Shown here piece after piece: positions 62,522 to 64,000 of a DNA stretch of 64,000 nt. This DNA comes from an uncultured Planctomycetota bacterium (GTDB lineage Bacteria > Planctomycetota > JAJSAM01 > JAKLKS01), in the NCBI GenBank assembly GCA_964370855.1, contig CAYJMF010000001.1:133167-197166 (forward strand), written 5' to 3'. Numbering within the stretch: position 1 is the first letter of the stretch; each line of letters starts with the position of its first letter. The notes beneath the pieces were generated by a model that was given only the letters and a program-made list of their open reading frames with translations, did not search any database and was not told where the DNA came from. The position numbers and the translations under genes were made by a program.

Positions 62522-63172
62522 CTACAGGAGGGTGATCACGCCGTAGCCGAGGTCGATCACGCCCTCCGCCGCCAGTTCCCGGAGGACCGGGTGGAGGGTC
62601 TGGCGGGTCACGTGGAGGAGGTCGGCGATGTCCTGGCGGCGCACCTCGATCTCGGGGCGGTCCTGGAGGCGGAACTCCTCGCGGAGGAGGATCAGGACCC
62701 GGTCCCGGAGGGAGCCCGCCCAGGAGCCGGCCAGGGAGGAGGCGGTGCACCAGTCCATGCCGGCGCTCGTCAGGGCGCCGAGGAGGACGGAGCGGGGCGC
62801 CTCCTCGATGATGGCCCGCAGGGGGAAGACCGCCGCCGTCGTCGGGACGACGGCCTCGTAGCGGAAGAGGTTCTCCCCGTGGTGGAGGGCGTCGAACCCG
62901 AACCAGCGCCCGTCCCCGGCCAGGAGGCCCGTCGCCCGCCGCCCGCCGCCAGGGCCGCGCCGTGTCCCCCGCACCAGCCCCTCGATCACGAAACCGACGC
63001 GGGGATCCGGGCGGGGAGGCCGGGGGCCCGCTCCCCGGCCCCGGATCAGGACCTCTCCCTTCTCGAAGGTGCGTTCCGGGAAGAGGGCGAGGAACCGGGA
63101 CATCTCCCGGGAGTCGGGGAGGAGCAGTTCTCTGTCGAAGTGCACGGGGAACCTCCGGAAACGACCCCGCAT
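62522..63172 (-). CDS. Crp/Fnr-family transcriptional regulator
   Basis: The N-terminal cNMP-binding-like beta-roll ('FEKGEVLIRGRG..', 'FVIEGLVRG', 'GDGRWFGFDAL') is followed by a C-terminal HTH, 'RQDIADLLHVTRQTLHPVLRELAAEGVI'. Confidence 0.7.
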   Translation of the reverse strand: MRGRFRRFPVHFDRELLLPDSREMSRFLALFPERTFEKGEVLIRGRGAGPRPPRPDPRVGFVIEGLVRGTRRGPGGGRRATGLLAGDGRWFGFDALHHGENLFRYEAVVPTTAAVFPLRAIIEEAPRSVLLGALTSAGMDWCTASSLAGSWAGSLRDRVLILLREEFRLQDRPEIEVRRQDIADLLHVTRQTLHPVLRELAAEGVIDLGYGVITLL

Positions 63173-63318
63173 GGACGGACTCCCCCATTGTAGGGTCCCC
63201 CGTGCCTCCGGGGATCACGGGTCACGGAAGTGCGACGGCCCCCGCGCGGGTGGCGCGGAGGCCGTGCCGGGGAAAGGAGGGGAGTGGCCCGCCTCCTTCC
63301 CCTTCGGGAGAGGTGCCG

Positions 63319-64000
63319 TCAGTAGCGGAAGCGGATCCGCAGGCGGTCCACGTAGGGGACCGGGTCGGTCCGCTTCTGTCCGTCCTTGAGGGTGAAGGAG
63401 ATGCGCAGGCGGTAGAACTGGTAGCCGTTGCCGTTGAGGATCGGGGCCACGTCCCGGATCCCCGTCACGGGGTCGCGGAAGACCTCCCACTGGCTCGCCC
63501 TGGACGTGTCGCTGGAGAAGCCGGTGGCCGCGTTGACGGTGGAGACGTCGGCCTTCCCGAAGCTGGTGGAGTCCTCGACGGCCATCTGGATCTCGTACTT
63601 GATGGAGCAGCCGGGGAACCACTGGTCCACGAAGTCCTGCATGGTGAAGGGCTGGAGCTCGGGGCCGAAGACCCCGGAGTTGAACCAGGTGCTCGTGAAG
63701 ACCGACGGAGCGTCCGCCGCCGTCCCCGTCGGGTCGAAGACGCCGGTGGCGTGGTCGGGCACGAGGGTGGCGGGATTCACGCCGGCGATCCCGGCGACGT
63801 TGCCGTCGCGGTCCTCGAGCTGGATGTAGCCCGCGCCGCCCTTGCCGCCGGCCCCCTGGTACCCGTTGACGTAGGGGGTCCCGCCGGCGCCCCCGGAGAC
63901 GTCGACGTACCCGCCGGAGACGTCCAGGGCCTCGTTGGCGTAGACGGCCACCGCCCCGCCGGCCCCGCCGCCGCCGGCGGCGCCGTAGTAGTAGTAGCCG
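63319..64000 (-). CDS. C-terminal part of a larger Gly-rich secreted/surface protein (continues beyond the window)
   Basis: The frame stays open upstream of listed ORF 63319..63951 to the window edge (..GYYYYGAAGGGGAGGAVAVYANE..). Gly-rich 'GGAGG/GGKGGAG' repeats are followed by a globular beta-rich domain ending 'YVDRLRIRFRY'. Confidence 0.65.
   Translation of the reverse strand, partial: GYYYYGAAGGGGAGGAVAVYANEALDVSGGYVDVSGGAGGTPYVNGYQGAGGKGGAGYIQLEDRDGNVAGIAGVNPATLVPDHATGVFDPTGTAADAPSVFTSTWFNSGVFGPELQPFTMQDFVDQWFPGCSIKYEIQMAVEDSTSFGKADVSTVNAATGFSSDTSRASQWEVFRDPVTGIRDVAPILNGNGYQFYRLRISFTLKDGQKRTDPVPYVDRLRIRFRY

Overview
This is a very GC-rich (by eye >70% G+C) bacterial chromosomal segment. 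I call about 41 protein-coding genes on both strands. I recognised no rRNA, tRNA, CRISPR array, transposase or integrase. The six-frame track is full of long Arg/Pro/Gly/Ala-rich shadow ORFs caused by the GC content. I accepted a gene only where the translation shows domain motifs, a signal peptide or TM helix, a GGAGG-like RBS, or start/stop coupling to a neighbour. Starts were re-derived by counting residues inside the supplied ORFs. Main content: (1) Ten diverged paralogs of giant (660-1300 aa) membrane-anchored or secreted proteins made of tandem carboxypeptidase-regulatory-like beta-sandwich modules. Together they occupy about half of the window. Two of them carry an N-terminal ECF sigma factor fused through a TM helix, which is my top candidate for an undescribed signalling or surface system. 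(2) Accessory TA/defence-like modules: a visibly GC-poorer DUF3800 two-gene island; a translationally coupled TIGR04255 - Xre-HTH - unknown three-gene cassette with its own promoter and direct-repeat operator, plus a degraded second copy 9 kb away; an AbiEi/AbiEii pair; an HTH-DUF433/PIN-like pair; and an orphan Phd/YefM antitoxin. (3) A TlpA-like lipoprotein whose CxxC motif reads U(TGA)-G-P-C, with a SECIS-like hairpin downstream (selenoprotein candidate). (4) A phospholipid operon (small DMT protein, CDP-alcohol phosphatidyltransferase, CdsA, PlsC-type acyltransferase). (5) A MutS-family ATPase gene put out of frame by one nucleotide inside a G15 tract. (6) A 113-115 nt near-perfect, locally AT-rich palindrome with two inverted consensus DnaA boxes, filling the gap between two convergent stop codons. 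(7) Four copies of an AT-rich palindrome, GTATC-N7-GATAC, far more than chance allows in this composition. The gene content (prenyltransferase/squalene-oxidase-repeat protein, DUF1570-like peptidase, ECF sigmas) resembles Planctomycetota-like lineages, but that is an unverified impression.
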